Positions 1-10,041 of a DNA stretch of 64,000 bases are shown piece by piece (the first letter of the stretch is position 1; the number at the start of each line of letters is the position of its first letter). Under the pieces are notes generated by a model. It saw nothing but the letters and a program-made list of their open reading frames with translations, did no database searches and was not told where the DNA came from. This DNA is from a virus. The stretch lies in IMG/VR virus record IMGVR_UViG_3300023223_000669, positions 119,101 to 183,100 of that record; one strand, written 5' to 3'. The position numbers and the translations under genes were made by a program.

Positions 1-2
1 TT

Positions 3-1373
3 ATCCGTCCTGGTCCGATGGAGTCTAATATGCATACGGCATATCGTAGCGTGAAGAACAAGGGTGAAGCTCCGGAGTATATCCACCCCAAGCTTGAGCC
101 GATCATGGGGCCGACTTTCTCTGCCTTGTTGTATCAAGAACAGGTGATCTATATTTGTCAGCAATTAGCTGGCATGAACTCCGTGGACGCCGATATGGTT
201 CGCAAGGCGATGGGCAAGAAGAAGCCCGAGGACATGCAGAAATGGCAAGATGTATTTGTTGACGGCTGTACTGCTAATGATATTGATCCTGTCACCGCTG
301 AGGAAATTTGGGGTTACATCGAGAAGTTCGCTGGGTATGGTTTCAACAAGTCCCACGGTGTAGGCTACGCCCTTCTGGCGTACGAGACAGCTTATCTCAA
401 GGCCAACTATACCGTGGAGTTCCTGTGTGCTAAATTGCGTCACTCAGATAGTCACCCCGACAAGTTTGCTCAGATGTCTGCTCTGGTTTACGATGGCAAC
501 CTATTTAACATTGAGGTTGTGCCGCCTCGTGTGTCGCAACGCAATAAAGATTTTGCCGTGATTGACGACACGCATATTGCTTTTGGGCTTACAGCTCTTA
601 AGGGCGTGGGCGTGACAGCAGTCAACGATTTAATCAAGATTAGCCGCAAGCATGATACCTTTGAGGGTATACTATGGCATATCATGACCACTAAGACAAA
701 AGTCAATACGGGGGTTTTGATAGCACTCATTCGTGGTGGTGCCTTTGATGATCTTGTTGAACATCGTGTAGAAGCACAAGCACGATTTAAACTTTTGGAC
801 ACCCTTACTGCTAAAGAGCGTGAGACTGTGCAAGAGCTTATACCACATCAGGAAGGTGACGCTGATTGGGTACGTATCATAAGTGCGATTGCCAGTGAAA
901 AGAAAGCCCCGCTGGTTAAAGAGAAGTTTGGTGTCAAGATTCCGAATGCTCGTCGTCGTCCCAAGCTTCGTGAGGCTCTTGGTGAGTTTCATAGGCGAGA
1001 ATTGTTTGACAGCAAAGCACAGCGTATCGCGTGGGAACAACACTACCTAGGGATTTCCCTCAGTGGTAGCGAAGCCGACATTTACAAAGCAGAACACACC
1101 TGTATCGATTTGATCCGCAACAGCTTCCCCGATATGCGTTTTGAGATTGCTGTTTGTGTGGATGCCGTTCGTGAGATTGTGACTCGCAAGGGAGACCCAA
1201 TGGCCTTTGTGACAGCACGCGATAAAACCTATGTTATGGATAACATCGTTGTCTTCCCTAAGACATTCAGTTACTCCAAGAGACTACTGGAAGAAGGCAA
1301 CGTTTTGAAGATTAGGGGGCGGGTTGATGACCGTGGCTCCTTGATTGCTGACCGTGTAGAGAGAATACGATGA
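3..1373 (+). CDS. dnaE: DNA polymerase III alpha subunit (5'-truncated by window edge)
   Basis: Frame is open from nt 3 (IRPGPM motif); LYQEQV, KFAGYGFNKSH, LGLTALKGVG-like HhH region and C-terminal OB fold (GDPMAFVT...VFP). Confidence 0.95.
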   Translation: MRPGPMESNMHTAYRSVKNKGEAPEYIHPKLEPIMGPTFSALLYQEQVIYICQQLAGMNSVDADMVRKAMGKKKPEDMQKWQDVFVDGCTANDIDPVTAEEIWGYIEKFAGYGFNKSHGVGYALLAYETAYLKANYTVEFLCAKLRHSDSHPDKFAQMSALVYDGNLFNIEVVPPRVSQRNKDFAVIDDTHIAFGLTALKGVGVTAVNDLIKISRKHDTFEGILWHIMTTKTKVNTGVLIALIRGGAFDDLVEHRVEAQARFKLLDTLTAKERETVQELIPHQEGDADWVRIISAIASEKKAPLVKEKFGVKIPNARRRPKLREALGEFHRRELFDSKAQRIAWEQHYLGISLSGSEADIYKAEHTCIDLIRNSFPDMRFEIAVCVDAVREIVTRKGDPMAFVTARDKTYVMDNIVVFPKTFSYSKRLLEEGNVLKIRGRVDDRGSLIADRVERIR

Positions 1374-1615
1374 AATACGAATATGATGTTGTAACGTTAG
1401 AGCTTACTGAAGAACAACAACAGGTTATTCAGATGGGGCTTGGCGATATCGAACAGATCAATGCAATGATCTGCGATATCATTAATAAACGTGCTGCGGA
1501 CGGCTGGGAGCCGCTTTACCCGTTTTCTGTGCCGCAAGTGTGGTTTCGTAAAGAGATCAAAGCACGTAGACGCAAAAAAATTACAAAAAAGACACGACAG
1601 TCTGCTAAAAAATGA
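1370..1615 (+). CDS. Small DUF4177-like protein
   Basis: MKYEYDVVTL...DGWEPL pattern; basic C-terminal tail; overlaps dnaE stop. Confidence 0.5.
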   Translation: MKYEYDVVTLELTEEQQQVIQMGLGDIEQINAMICDIINKRAADGWEPLYPFSVPQVWFRKEIKARRRKKITKKTRQSAKK

Positions 1616-1621
1616 TATAAT
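1613..1621 (+). promoter_or_regulatory. Possible extended -10 promoter (TGATATAAT)
   Basis: TGnTATAAT directly upstream of the sigma gene; no clear -35. Confidence 0.35.
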
Positions 1622-1623
1622 GT

Positions 1624-2346
1624 ATGATTACGCAGAAGATGATGAAGCACAATATCGTATGGCTAGAAGAGTCCAGCATAATGGTTGATGAGATCTCTGA
1701 GGAAGAGGTTGAGTCTCTCCTGGATGAATATCGTCCTATCGTTACTCGCATTGCTCGATCGGCTTTCTATTCCTCAGCAGCTATTGATGTCAACGACCTT
1801 ATCCGCGTTGGTGAGTTTGCCGTCCTACAAGCTGTCAAAGCCTATGACCCCACCTGTGGTACAACCATTCGCTCTTTTGTGTCTAGAGTTGTACGAAACG
1901 AAATTTTCCATGAAGCCGCCCGCTTCTTGGGAGTGTTTACAGTAGACCACCGAGTCACCAGCCTAGCTGCCAAGGTTAATAAATTACACGCTAAGGGGCA
2001 GAGTGACACGGAGATTGCCGAGGTGCTCAATGCATCCGGCAGTCGCAATTTTGATGCGGACCATGTTCGCGATTTACGTATTGCCTATAGTCGCCGTCAG
2101 CATTCAGCTTTGACAGACGACGATGCTCTCGAAGAGTATTCTGCCGAGGAAAACACAATCCAAGAACTATTGCGGGGAGTTGTGCAAAACCCAATAGAGC
2201 AGACTATTTTAGACGAAAGGATCCTAGGCGATAAATCAGTAAAGGACGTGGCTTGTATCTTATGCCTATCGCAACGTCAAGTATACGATCTGGAAAACCA
2301 ACTCAAAGATCGTATCCGGAAAGCCATTGAAGATGTAACGGAATGA
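1624..2346 (+). CDS. RNA polymerase sigma-70 family factor (start may be 1681)
   Basis: Region 2 (DLIRVGEFAVLQAVKAYDP...SFVSRVVRNEI) and region 4 HTH (SVKDVACILCLSQRQVYDLE). Confidence 0.85.
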   Translation: MITQKMMKHNIVWLEESSIMVDEISEEEVESLLDEYRPIVTRIARSAFYSSAAIDVNDLIRVGEFAVLQAVKAYDPTCGTTIRSFVSRVVRNEIFHEAARFLGVFTVDHRVTSLAAKVNKLHAKGQSDTEIAEVLNASGSRNFDADHVRDLRIAYSRRQHSALTDDDALEEYSAEENTIQELLRGVVQNPIEQTILDERILGDKSVKDVACILCLSQRQVYDLENQLKDRIRKAIEDVTE

Positions 2347-4148
2347 ATGAGAAAAAGCGTGTATTGTTTATAGGTGAAGCCAGCAATTTGAGTACTGGCT
2401 TCTCGACCATTTATCGAGAACTATTACCTCGACTGGCAGCTACGGGTAAGTATGAAATCGCAGAGTTCGGATCATATGTTCGCCAAGATGATCCCAAGGT
2501 CCAAGAGTTTATTCAAGGACGCTGGAAGTTCTACGGTGTCATGCCCCTCACCCAGCAAGAAGGACAGGTTTTCAATCAGCCCAGCCCACACCCTAGGGCA
2601 AAGGGACTGAATACCAACCAGTTTGGCGAGTACAAGTTCAATCATGTTGTTGCCGATTTCAAGCCTGATATTGTCATCGATATTCGTGATTGGTGGATGT
2701 TAGAGTATCAAGAGCGAAGCGTGTTTCGTCCATTCTATAAATGGATTGTTATGCCTACTGTTGATGCTGAACCCCAGGCAGAGGAATGGATTCAAACCTA
2801 CGAAAATGCAGAAATGGTTTTGGCCTATTCTGACTATGGTGTTCATGCTCTGCGTCGTCAGAGTCAGTTGACTACCGGGGGACGCCGTAAGATGCGTGTG
2901 TTCCCGAAGGCCATGCGTCCTGGAGTTGATTTGGCTACATTTAAACCAATGGACAAGGCAGAGATTCGTGAACATTGGAATCTCTCTAAAGACAATCCGG
3001 TTATTGGCACGGTTATGCGTAATCAAAGCCGTAAGTTGTACCCTGATTTGATCGATGGTTTCGCTCGCATGCGAGAGAAGTATAAGGGCAATGAAGCGGT
3101 AGACAAGGCTGTTCTTTTGATTCATTCTTCGTGGCCAGATAATCAACATTCATTTGATTATCCGAGACACATTATGCGTCTTGAGTCTTATCCATGGATG
3201 CAGCATGCACAAAAAGGTATTCGAGGCAGCATTCTCCAGACGATCCACTGTCATACATGCAATGAGCCCTCTGTTGCGTTTGCCATGAGCCTGTGGGGTA
3301 AGCCTATCGAAGAAGGTAGAGTCAAGTTGCCATGTCCTCACTGTGGTAAGGTTGATGCTTCACCGCCGAATACTGCCATGGGTTTTTCACGCGAAGATCT
3401 TGCTAAACTGTATAACCTGATGGATCTCTATGTGCAATGTTCCATCTGTGAGGGTGACGGCATGCCCATTCAAGAGGCGAAAGCCTGTGGAGTGCCGACG
3501 CTAGCTACAGACTACACGGCCATGCGTGAGAAAGGAAGATTCCCCGACTACTCGCACTTTGAGGAGCTTGGTTATACTTCTCAGACGTACACTTGTCATA
3601 AGGGCGGCGAAGTGATTGATGTTGGTCGTTATTACTATGAGCCAGAGACCAGTTGTATGCGTGCTCACCCTGATATTGAAGACTTAGCCGACAAGATGTT
3701 TGCCATGATTAGCAATCAGGAGAAGCTGGATAGTCTTGGTGTAGAGGCCCGTACATGTGCCGAAGACAACTATGATTGGAATGTGCTTTGGAAACAATGG
3801 GAGTATGTTCTAGATAACGTTAAAATAAAGGATCGTTTGCAGACGTGGGATAGTCCCATCGCTGAGCACGAAGATATTGCTGCTGTGCCCGTGCCTGCTG
3901 CACTCAGCGATGAGCAATATGTTGAATGGCTCTATCTCAATGTTCTCAAATATCCCTCAGTTGATCCCGAGGGGGCAAAGGTTTGGGTACAGCATCTTGG
4001 ACTTGGTGTAACTCGCGAACAGATCATGCAACAGTTTGTAGCAATTGGTAATCAACAGTCCGATGGTAGCAAGATGCGTGATCAGATTCGTCAACAGGTG
4101 GCTGGTCTTACTATAAATCTACCGAAGCCCAAGCAGGAGTTCGTATAA
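2343..4148 (+). CDS. GT4-family glycosyltransferase with Zn-ribbon insert and DUF4214-like C-terminus
   Basis: GT-B motifs (LYNLMDLYVQCSICEGDGMPIQEAKACGVP); CHTC/CPHC insert; LSDEQYVEWLYLNVL tail. Confidence 0.8.
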   Translation: MNEKKRVLFIGEASNLSTGFSTIYRELLPRLAATGKYEIAEFGSYVRQDDPKVQEFIQGRWKFYGVMPLTQQEGQVFNQPSPHPRAKGLNTNQFGEYKFNHVVADFKPDIVIDIRDWWMLEYQERSVFRPFYKWIVMPTVDAEPQAEEWIQTYENAEMVLAYSDYGVHALRRQSQLTTGGRRKMRVFPKAMRPGVDLATFKPMDKAEIREHWNLSKDNPVIGTVMRNQSRKLYPDLIDGFARMREKYKGNEAVDKAVLLIHSSWPDNQHSFDYPRHIMRLESYPWMQHAQKGIRGSILQTIHCHTCNEPSVAFAMSLWGKPIEEGRVKLPCPHCGKVDASPPNTAMGFSREDLAKLYNLMDLYVQCSICEGDGMPIQEAKACGVPTLATDYTAMREKGRFPDYSHFEELGYTSQTYTCHKGGEVIDVGRYYYEPETSCMRAHPDIEDLADKMFAMISNQEKLDSLGVEARTCAEDNYDWNVLWKQWEYVLDNVKIKDRLQTWDSPIAEHEDIAAVPVPAALSDEQYVEWLYLNVLKYPSVDPEGAKVWVQHLGLGVTREQIMQQFVAIGNQQSDGSKMRDQIRQQVAGLTINLPKPKQEFV

Positions 4149-5398
4149 TGAAATTACTTTTTGTTGGTCCTCTTTTGGATTTTTCCGGCTTTGCTACGGC
4201 TTCACGTCGCTTCTTACAAGCACTCAACGAGAGCGACCTTGACTTGACGGCCCGTCCTCTACGGTATGATAAGTTGGATGATGGACAAGAGTTCACTCCG
4301 CCGGAATGGCTCGCCTCCCTTTTGAAGAATGATCTTCAAGGGGTTGATATGGCCCTTCAAATGACGACATCGAATACCGAGGCCGTCCCCGTGCCTGGTA
4401 TTTTGAATGGTCTGTATACCTTCTTTGAGACTGATCGTCTGCAACCTTTGTGGGCACAGAAGGCGAACGAGTTTGACTTCATCATTGTACCCTCGCGAAG
4501 CAATGGTGAGACGTTGCTCCGTTCGGGAGTGAATAAGCCTATTTTGTGTGCTGGCCCCCCTTGTGACATAGATGATTTCCAACGTGAACGTCAGCCGTTC
4601 GTCATTGAGCAGGCTGGTGACAGAACGATCTTCTATAATATTTGTCAGTTGAGTGCCAAGAAAGGGATTGATGTTTTGCTACGTGCTTACTATGCCGCAT
4701 TTGTCGGGGCACCCGATGAAGTGTTGCTTGTTCTCAAGACATATGTCAATATGGAGAACCGTCAGCAAGATGAAGAGATTGTTAAGCAGTATATCCAGAA
4801 TATCAAGCAACGTTGTCGTATTCCGGTTCCCCAACATCCTCCCGTGTTGCCATTAGTATATACCATGACGGACGATGAGATCCACGGTTTACATGTTGCT
4901 GGCCATGCGTACGTTTGCTCTAGTCGAGCAGAAGGATGGGGACTTCCCGTGTTTGATGCTTTGGCTCACGGTAAGACGGTCATCACCCACAATGCTGGTG
5001 GCTTGGCAGACTTCGTAACCCCAGAGAATTCGCTGCTCTATCAAGGCATGCCAACGTTCTTCTTTGATATGCCGCATCCTGATCCTGGTCTTTTTACTGG
5101 TGTTGAACAGTGCTTCGAGCCTTCGCCAGCACACTTAGCCCTCAATATGCGTAGGTTCCATCTACTCAGACGTGGTGCTGATGCTGGCGAGCTTGACGAA
5201 ACAATGCAGGCCGAATGGGCATCTGTACTGACGCGTCGTGAAAATGCTAAGCTTGTTGGCCAGAAGTTTGATTACCGTGCTATTGGTAAGCGTATTGTTG
5301 GTCAGCTAGAATCACTATTCGCCTCATGGAAAGAAACTGGTACAGCTATCTACACTCCGACAAATGATGAGAAACCTTCTCTGGAGGATTCGCTATGA
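4148..5398 (+). CDS. GT4-family glycosyltransferase
   Basis: KKGIDVLLRAY; SSRAEGWGLPVFDALAHGK motif. Confidence 0.85.
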   Translation: MKLLFVGPLLDFSGFATASRRFLQALNESDLDLTARPLRYDKLDDGQEFTPPEWLASLLKNDLQGVDMALQMTTSNTEAVPVPGILNGLYTFFETDRLQPLWAQKANEFDFIIVPSRSNGETLLRSGVNKPILCAGPPCDIDDFQRERQPFVIEQAGDRTIFYNICQLSAKKGIDVLLRAYYAAFVGAPDEVLLVLKTYVNMENRQQDEEIVKQYIQNIKQRCRIPVPQHPPVLPLVYTMTDDEIHGLHVAGHAYVCSSRAEGWGLPVFDALAHGKTVITHNAGGLADFVTPENSLLYQGMPTFFFDMPHPDPGLFTGVEQCFEPSPAHLALNMRRFHLLRRGADAGELDETMQAEWASVLTRRENAKLVGQKFDYRAIGKRIVGQLESLFASWKETGTAIYTPTNDEKPSLEDSL

Positions 5399-6534
5399 AC
5401 CAACAGCAAATCTATTACGAGCCGCAGATGCAATCGATTGCGGAGCGTGTCAATCAGCCGCCGCGTATTGTACAATGTATCCAAATGCACAACGAGGAGC
5501 AATTTGCCCCGTTGGTGCTGGCATCTATCTATGATGAGGTAGATCGTATTATTGTGATCGAGGGTGCCGTTGAGAACCGTCCGAACGCAACACAAGATGG
5601 ACACTCCACCGACAATACGTTGTCGGTGATTAAGAAATTCAAAGAAGAAAATGATCCAGACAATAAGATCCTGCTGGTCTCTATCCCCAAGTTTTGGAAA
5701 AACCTGGAGGAAATGAAACAGGTATTCCTTGATATGAGTATTCCGGGCGACTGGATCTTGATCAATGATGCAGACGAATTTTATAAGCCGTCTGATATCA
5801 GACGACTTAGGAAAGCTATTGAGCTTGAGCCGCACGCCTGCGAGTTTGTTCCGAACTTCCTGCACTTCTATCGTGACTGCTGGCATGTGGCCGTTCCTGG
5901 TCCCGAGTGGCAACCACAACATCAGCGGGTATTCAAATATGTACGCGGCATGATATACAATAGTCATCCGGTCGTTACTGACCCTGCGGGACATTGCACA
6001 TATTTCTCACCACATTATCAACAGCGTAGGGTAATGCTTAATGATTTCTTTATTTACCACTATGGTTATGCCCGTTCCAATATGGACGAAATCATGAGGG
6101 CGAAACAAGAATATTACAAGGGTGAGCTTGCGAAGCACGATGGGGCCGACAAGAAGTTTGATCAGAAAGTCAAGGACTGGTTTGATGGTACGGAACCACT
6201 ACTGAGGTTCGATGGAGAACATCCTCAAATCATTCAGGATCATTATCATGTGGCAAATAAGGTTGTGCCCAGAAATGTTCCTACCCTATGGCGGGACGAT
6301 CCTTTTTATAGTAAGGTGCTCAGGAATGAGCCCTATGGAAATATTTATTTGTGTATGACGCAGCAAGCAACGCCGCACATGCAACTGTATCACAACGGTA
6401 TGACTATTGAAAATGGTCTTGAAACAGAAGGCGATGTTCCTGTGGTACAGATGTCGATGGAAGAATATAAACAGGCCCTACAGTCTGGTGGCCTAGAAGG
6501 TTTTGGCTGTGGTAACCCCGCAGTCTCATGTTAG
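5395..6534 (+). CDS. GT2-like (GT-A) glycosyltransferase
   Basis: N-terminal HNEEQF, WILINDADEF DxD motif, IYHYGY. Confidence 0.75.
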   Translation: MNQQQIYYEPQMQSIAERVNQPPRIVQCIQMHNEEQFAPLVLASIYDEVDRIIVIEGAVENRPNATQDGHSTDNTLSVIKKFKEENDPDNKILLVSIPKFWKNLEEMKQVFLDMSIPGDWILINDADEFYKPSDIRRLRKAIELEPHACEFVPNFLHFYRDCWHVAVPGPEWQPQHQRVFKYVRGMIYNSHPVVTDPAGHCTYFSPHYQQRRVMLNDFFIYHYGYARSNMDEIMRAKQEYYKGELAKHDGADKKFDQKVKDWFDGTEPLLRFDGEHPQIIQDHYHVANKVVPRNVPTLWRDDPFYSKVLRNEPYGNIYLCMTQQATPHMQLYHNGMTIENGLETEGDVPVVQMSMEEYKQALQSGGLEGFGCGNPAVSC

Positions 6535-6544
6535 GAGAAAAATT

Positions 6545-6919
6545 ATGAGTTTTGCAACAGATTATATAACAGCGTATAGATTACTACGTCATGGCGACGT
6601 TCCCGACGATATTGGCAGAGCCTTAGGCTATGAAGACAAAGATATTCTGCTTCGTCTACGTGCCCGCTTTGGTCGTGTGAGTCTTCGTGAGGCGGTTGAT
6701 AAAAGTCGAGTTCGAATTTTTGGTCGCATTAAAGCTGCTATTTATGCTGTTAAGATGGTCAAAGAAATGAGACGACAAAAAGTTCTGATTACCAATATGC
6801 TTGGTCTTGAACAAGAGCCTGATGGCATTAGAGAGATTCATAAAAAATCCATCAATTTATTCCCTATTACGGTGCATCGCACAGTAGTTCAAATGCGTGA
6901 ACCCAAGGAAGATGCCTAG
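6545..6919 (+). CDS. Hypothetical protein
   Basis: Fills the gap between coupled ORFs; AGGAG upstream of ATG 6545. Confidence 0.55.
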   Translation: MSFATDYITAYRLLRHGDVPDDIGRALGYEDKDILLRLRARFGRVSLREAVDKSRVRIFGRIKAAIYAVKMVKEMRRQKVLITNMLGLEQEPDGIREIHKKSINLFPITVHRTVVQMREPKEDA

Positions 6920-7772
6920 ACTCAGTTACTTGGTTTCAACTTATGATTCTGGCCAATTTCTAGACGGTCACATTGCCGATCTCATTGACCATCAAACAGA
7001 TGGAGACTTTGAGATCGTAATAGTTAACCCGGCTTCGCCGGGCATTGATGGCCTCATTGCTGAGAAGTGGGCTCACGCGGATCCCCGCGTGAAGTATATC
7101 TACCATCACGAGAGAGAACCGTATGGAACCTCCTGGCTGCGAGCATGGCGAGCAGCCAGGGCTCCACTCGTGATGAACTCTAACACCGACGATTTCCATG
7201 AGCCCCGTACGACTGAATTAGTCCATAAGCACATGCGTCTGGCAACCAGCCCGATGCATACAGGTTCTAAGATCGGCTTTGGCTATGGTGGTATCACTGT
7301 GACAGACGCGAAGGTTCGTGCGACAGGAAGAGGCTTAAAACCTCCATTCAATTTTGAGGTCATGTCGTATGAGTGTCACGCTGGCCCGCAGGTTATCTGG
7401 CGAAACGACAAGCAATTCATTGATGATCTTGACTGGAATCTGATGCAAGAGCGTAGTGAGAGCTACAAGTCGGCATTTGACTACTGGCTTTGGCTGTACT
7501 TCATGAGTAAGGGGTATCGTGGCTATGTGATTCCTGAGTATCTTACGATTTACCGGCAACGTCCCGATTCTATTGAGAATCGAAATAAATGGGCTAATAA
7601 TTGGGAAACTTATGCTGCCATCAGTGAGTTTTTCGGTCATAATTTCGATGGCAAATTGACACATGCACAGGAGTTTAGGGATTTCGACGCTCTACCTCCG
7701 CGAGACGCATGGGTTGCTACAATGCAAGCAGGCGAACAATGGGAAAAATCAGAGATAGATGGTATAGGTTAG
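6912..7772 (+). CDS. GT2-family glycosyltransferase
   Basis: LSYLVSTYDSG...DFEIVIVN, NSNTDD, SAFDYWLWL. Confidence 0.8.
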   Translation: MPRLSYLVSTYDSGQFLDGHIADLIDHQTDGDFEIVIVNPASPGIDGLIAEKWAHADPRVKYIYHHEREPYGTSWLRAWRAARAPLVMNSNTDDFHEPRTTELVHKHMRLATSPMHTGSKIGFGYGGITVTDAKVRATGRGLKPPFNFEVMSYECHAGPQVIWRNDKQFIDDLDWNLMQERSESYKSAFDYWLWLYFMSKGYRGYVIPEYLTIYRQRPDSIENRNKWANNWETYAAISEFFGHNFDGKLTHAQEFRDFDALPPRDAWVATMQAGEQWEKSEIDGIG

Positions 7773-8200
7773 TTGCTGGCGGTCTTTTGCAGGCCAAGAA
7801 GCGTTTAGCTACTAAATTAGCTAGACAGATTGAGATTACAGCAGAACATGCAGCCCAATGGAGGATTGTCCAGAGACAATTCATCGCCCTGAAAGATGAT
7901 ATGAAAAAGATCCTTGCAGACAGAGACGATCAAATCGTTATTCTGAAAGAACATGTTAAGGCTGCCAAAGAGGGTCGAACAGATGACGTTGAGACAGCCA
8001 AGGACATTATCCGTGAACGCATGGGTATGGATCCAGACGCTCCTGGTAAGATGGACATATTACGAAAGCAGCTTCGCCAAGAGTGTGCCTATGTGATGTA
8101 TCTAGAAGACAATCTTGAGGATGGATTGACAGAGTTTAATGACATACCGAAAGAAGAACGTAAAGTCTATTTTGAGCGTGTAGATGAGCGGGCACGATGA
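7739..8200 (+). CDS. Hypothetical coiled-coil protein
   Basis: Charged helical ORF filling the gap between GT2 and cupin; start uncertain. Confidence 0.55.
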   Translation: MGKIRDRWYRLVAGGLLQAKKRLATKLARQIEITAEHAAQWRIVQRQFIALKDDMKKILADRDDQIVILKEHVKAAKEGRTDDVETAKDIIRERMGMDPDAPGKMDILRKQLRQECAYVMYLEDNLEDGLTEFNDIPKEERKVYFERVDERAR

Positions 8201-8565
8201 GCAAACAACGTATTGTGTCGCAGTCTTGGGGACGTGAGCGAGTCTTAGAAGAGAATGACAAGTATGTCCTTAAGATATTGGAAGTCGATCCTGGTCATCG
8301 ACTGAGCCTGCAATTCCATGACCGTCAAAGACTTACATTGTATTGTCTTTACGGTCATGGGACGCTCTTTTTGACCAACGACCAACACGATAGCGAAAGA
8401 TCCCTGCTGCCGGGGCGTTACGAAACAATCGAACCCGGCACCATCCACAGTCTTGAATCATCAGGAACGGCCCCCTGTATTGTGATGCAGATTTCGTGTG
8501 CAACAGCAAACGACACCACCATCTTAGACGTTGGCAGGTTCCTCGACCCCTTTAGCAATGATTAA
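8197..8565 (+). CDS. Cupin, mannose-6-phosphate isomerase type II C-terminal-like
   Basis: WG...KILEVDPGHRLSLQFH...PGTIHSLE matches the ManC/PMI cupin pattern. Confidence 0.7.
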   Translation: MSKQRIVSQSWGRERVLEENDKYVLKILEVDPGHRLSLQFHDRQRLTLYCLYGHGTLFLTNDQHDSERSLLPGRYETIEPGTIHSLESSGTAPCIVMQISCATANDTTILDVGRFLDPFSND

Positions 8566-9661
8566 AATATTACATTATCTCCGTAACCTCGGATTAGGTG
8601 GTACGGAAAAGACTTGCCAGTTGTTTTTTGAGCACGCGAGCAGTGATTTTGAAGTTACGGTTATACATGAAGAAAGTGGTGACTATACACGTATAGAGGA
8701 ATTTAATAAAGCCGCCAGGGTTAGTAAAGGATTGGTGCATGCTATTGATTCCTATGGGAGCAACCCACGACTGAAAGGTGACCCTGATCCAGCCCCTCTA
8801 CAAGAGGTTATCGACACTTTAAAGCCCGATATTTTACATGTCTATCGTAGCGGTTATAGCGAATTTCCGGCCAATTGCGTATATGTACCGCATACTGTTG
8901 AAACAAATGTATTTGGTTTTCTAGATCCATCTCTTAATGGTCGCACCCTTTTCATGAGTAAGTGGCTCATGGATTATGCACTTAAGAGTGGACGCTGGAA
9001 CGTAAAGGCTTTTGCGTGGGCAAAAGATAGGTTTGATTACGTGAACAATCCGGTTGAAATGCCCTACACAGACGCTACATTTTCTCACCTTTCAAGCGAT
9101 GCTATTTGGCTTGGTCGTTGTGGGCGTCCGGATAATGGCATCTACAATTCTGTAAGCGTAGACGCTGCTCGTCTGTTACGTCTACAGGGGTACGACATTC
9201 GCTTTTTAGTGGTGGCCGCACCACCCAATATGATCCTTGACTTGGAGCGTTACAAGATTCCTTTTGAAGCTATTGCACCCACGACAGATCCGTTAGTGCT
9301 GAGTCAATTTTACAACAGCGTGGACATTTATGCCCACGCTAGGGCGGACGGAGAAACCTTCGGTGTGAATATCGCTGAGGCAATGATCCATGGGAAACCC
9401 GTCGTGACGCATATCGCCACGCCGAGCTTCCCAGGTATGGGAGTATTCCAATCACAAACAGAGCTTGTCGAGGATGGCCTGACTGGTTTTATTGTACAAA
9501 ATAATGCAGCAGAATATGCCGAGGCACTCAAGCGTATTATCGAAGATGATCAATTGGCCGCGAAGATGCGAGTATTAGGACGTTTTAAAGCAACGCGTGA
9601 CTATCATGTTGATGCGTGCATGAAGAAGTTAGAGAGAATTTACCGAGAGGTTGTATCGTAA
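8558..9661 (+). CDS. GT4-family glycosyltransferase
   Basis: LGLGGTEK; DIYAHARADGETFGVNIAEAMIHGKPVV. Confidence 0.85.
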   Translation: MIKILHYLRNLGLGGTEKTCQLFFEHASSDFEVTVIHEESGDYTRIEEFNKAARVSKGLVHAIDSYGSNPRLKGDPDPAPLQEVIDTLKPDILHVYRSGYSEFPANCVYVPHTVETNVFGFLDPSLNGRTLFMSKWLMDYALKSGRWNVKAFAWAKDRFDYVNNPVEMPYTDATFSHLSSDAIWLGRCGRPDNGIYNSVSVDAARLLRLQGYDIRFLVVAAPPNMILDLERYKIPFEAIAPTTDPLVLSQFYNSVDIYAHARADGETFGVNIAEAMIHGKPVVTHIATPSFPGMGVFQSQTELVEDGLTGFIVQNNAAEYAEALKRIIEDDQLAAKMRVLGRFKATRDYHVDACMKKLERIYREVVS

Positions 9662-10041
9662 TGCAAACACTAAAATTTGATAAGATGTTTCTCTTGCAGA
9701 GAATCAAGGAAAACCGCAAAAGACACGAAGAGATTTTCAATGAAGCCATTGGAAACTATCGTCAAACATTGATTGAAGCCATCGAGGCACGTCTTGAACT
9801 TGTGCGGACTGATGAAGCTTCGGAGTGGCATGGTCGCATTGACCTTGAGAAACCACAACACCATATTGCCGAGTATGATCGTGTCATCATGATGATTGAG
9901 CATTGTGTGGAGACAGAGATTGAGTTGGACGAACATGAGTATGCTCAGTATGTCATGGATAATTGGACATGGCAGCGTGGATTCCTGACTTCTAATTCAA
10001 TGTATTCTACCATGGCCGCTTCTGGTTGTGCCGCACTATAA
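9661..10041 (+). CDS. Hypothetical phage protein
   Basis: Coupled ORF (TAATG at both ends). Confidence 0.6.
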   Translation: MQTLKFDKMFLLQRIKENRKRHEEIFNEAIGNYRQTLIEAIEARLELVRTDEASEWHGRIDLEKPQHHIAEYDRVIMMIEHCVETEIELDEHEYAQYVMDNWTWQRGFLTSNSMYSTMAASGCAAL

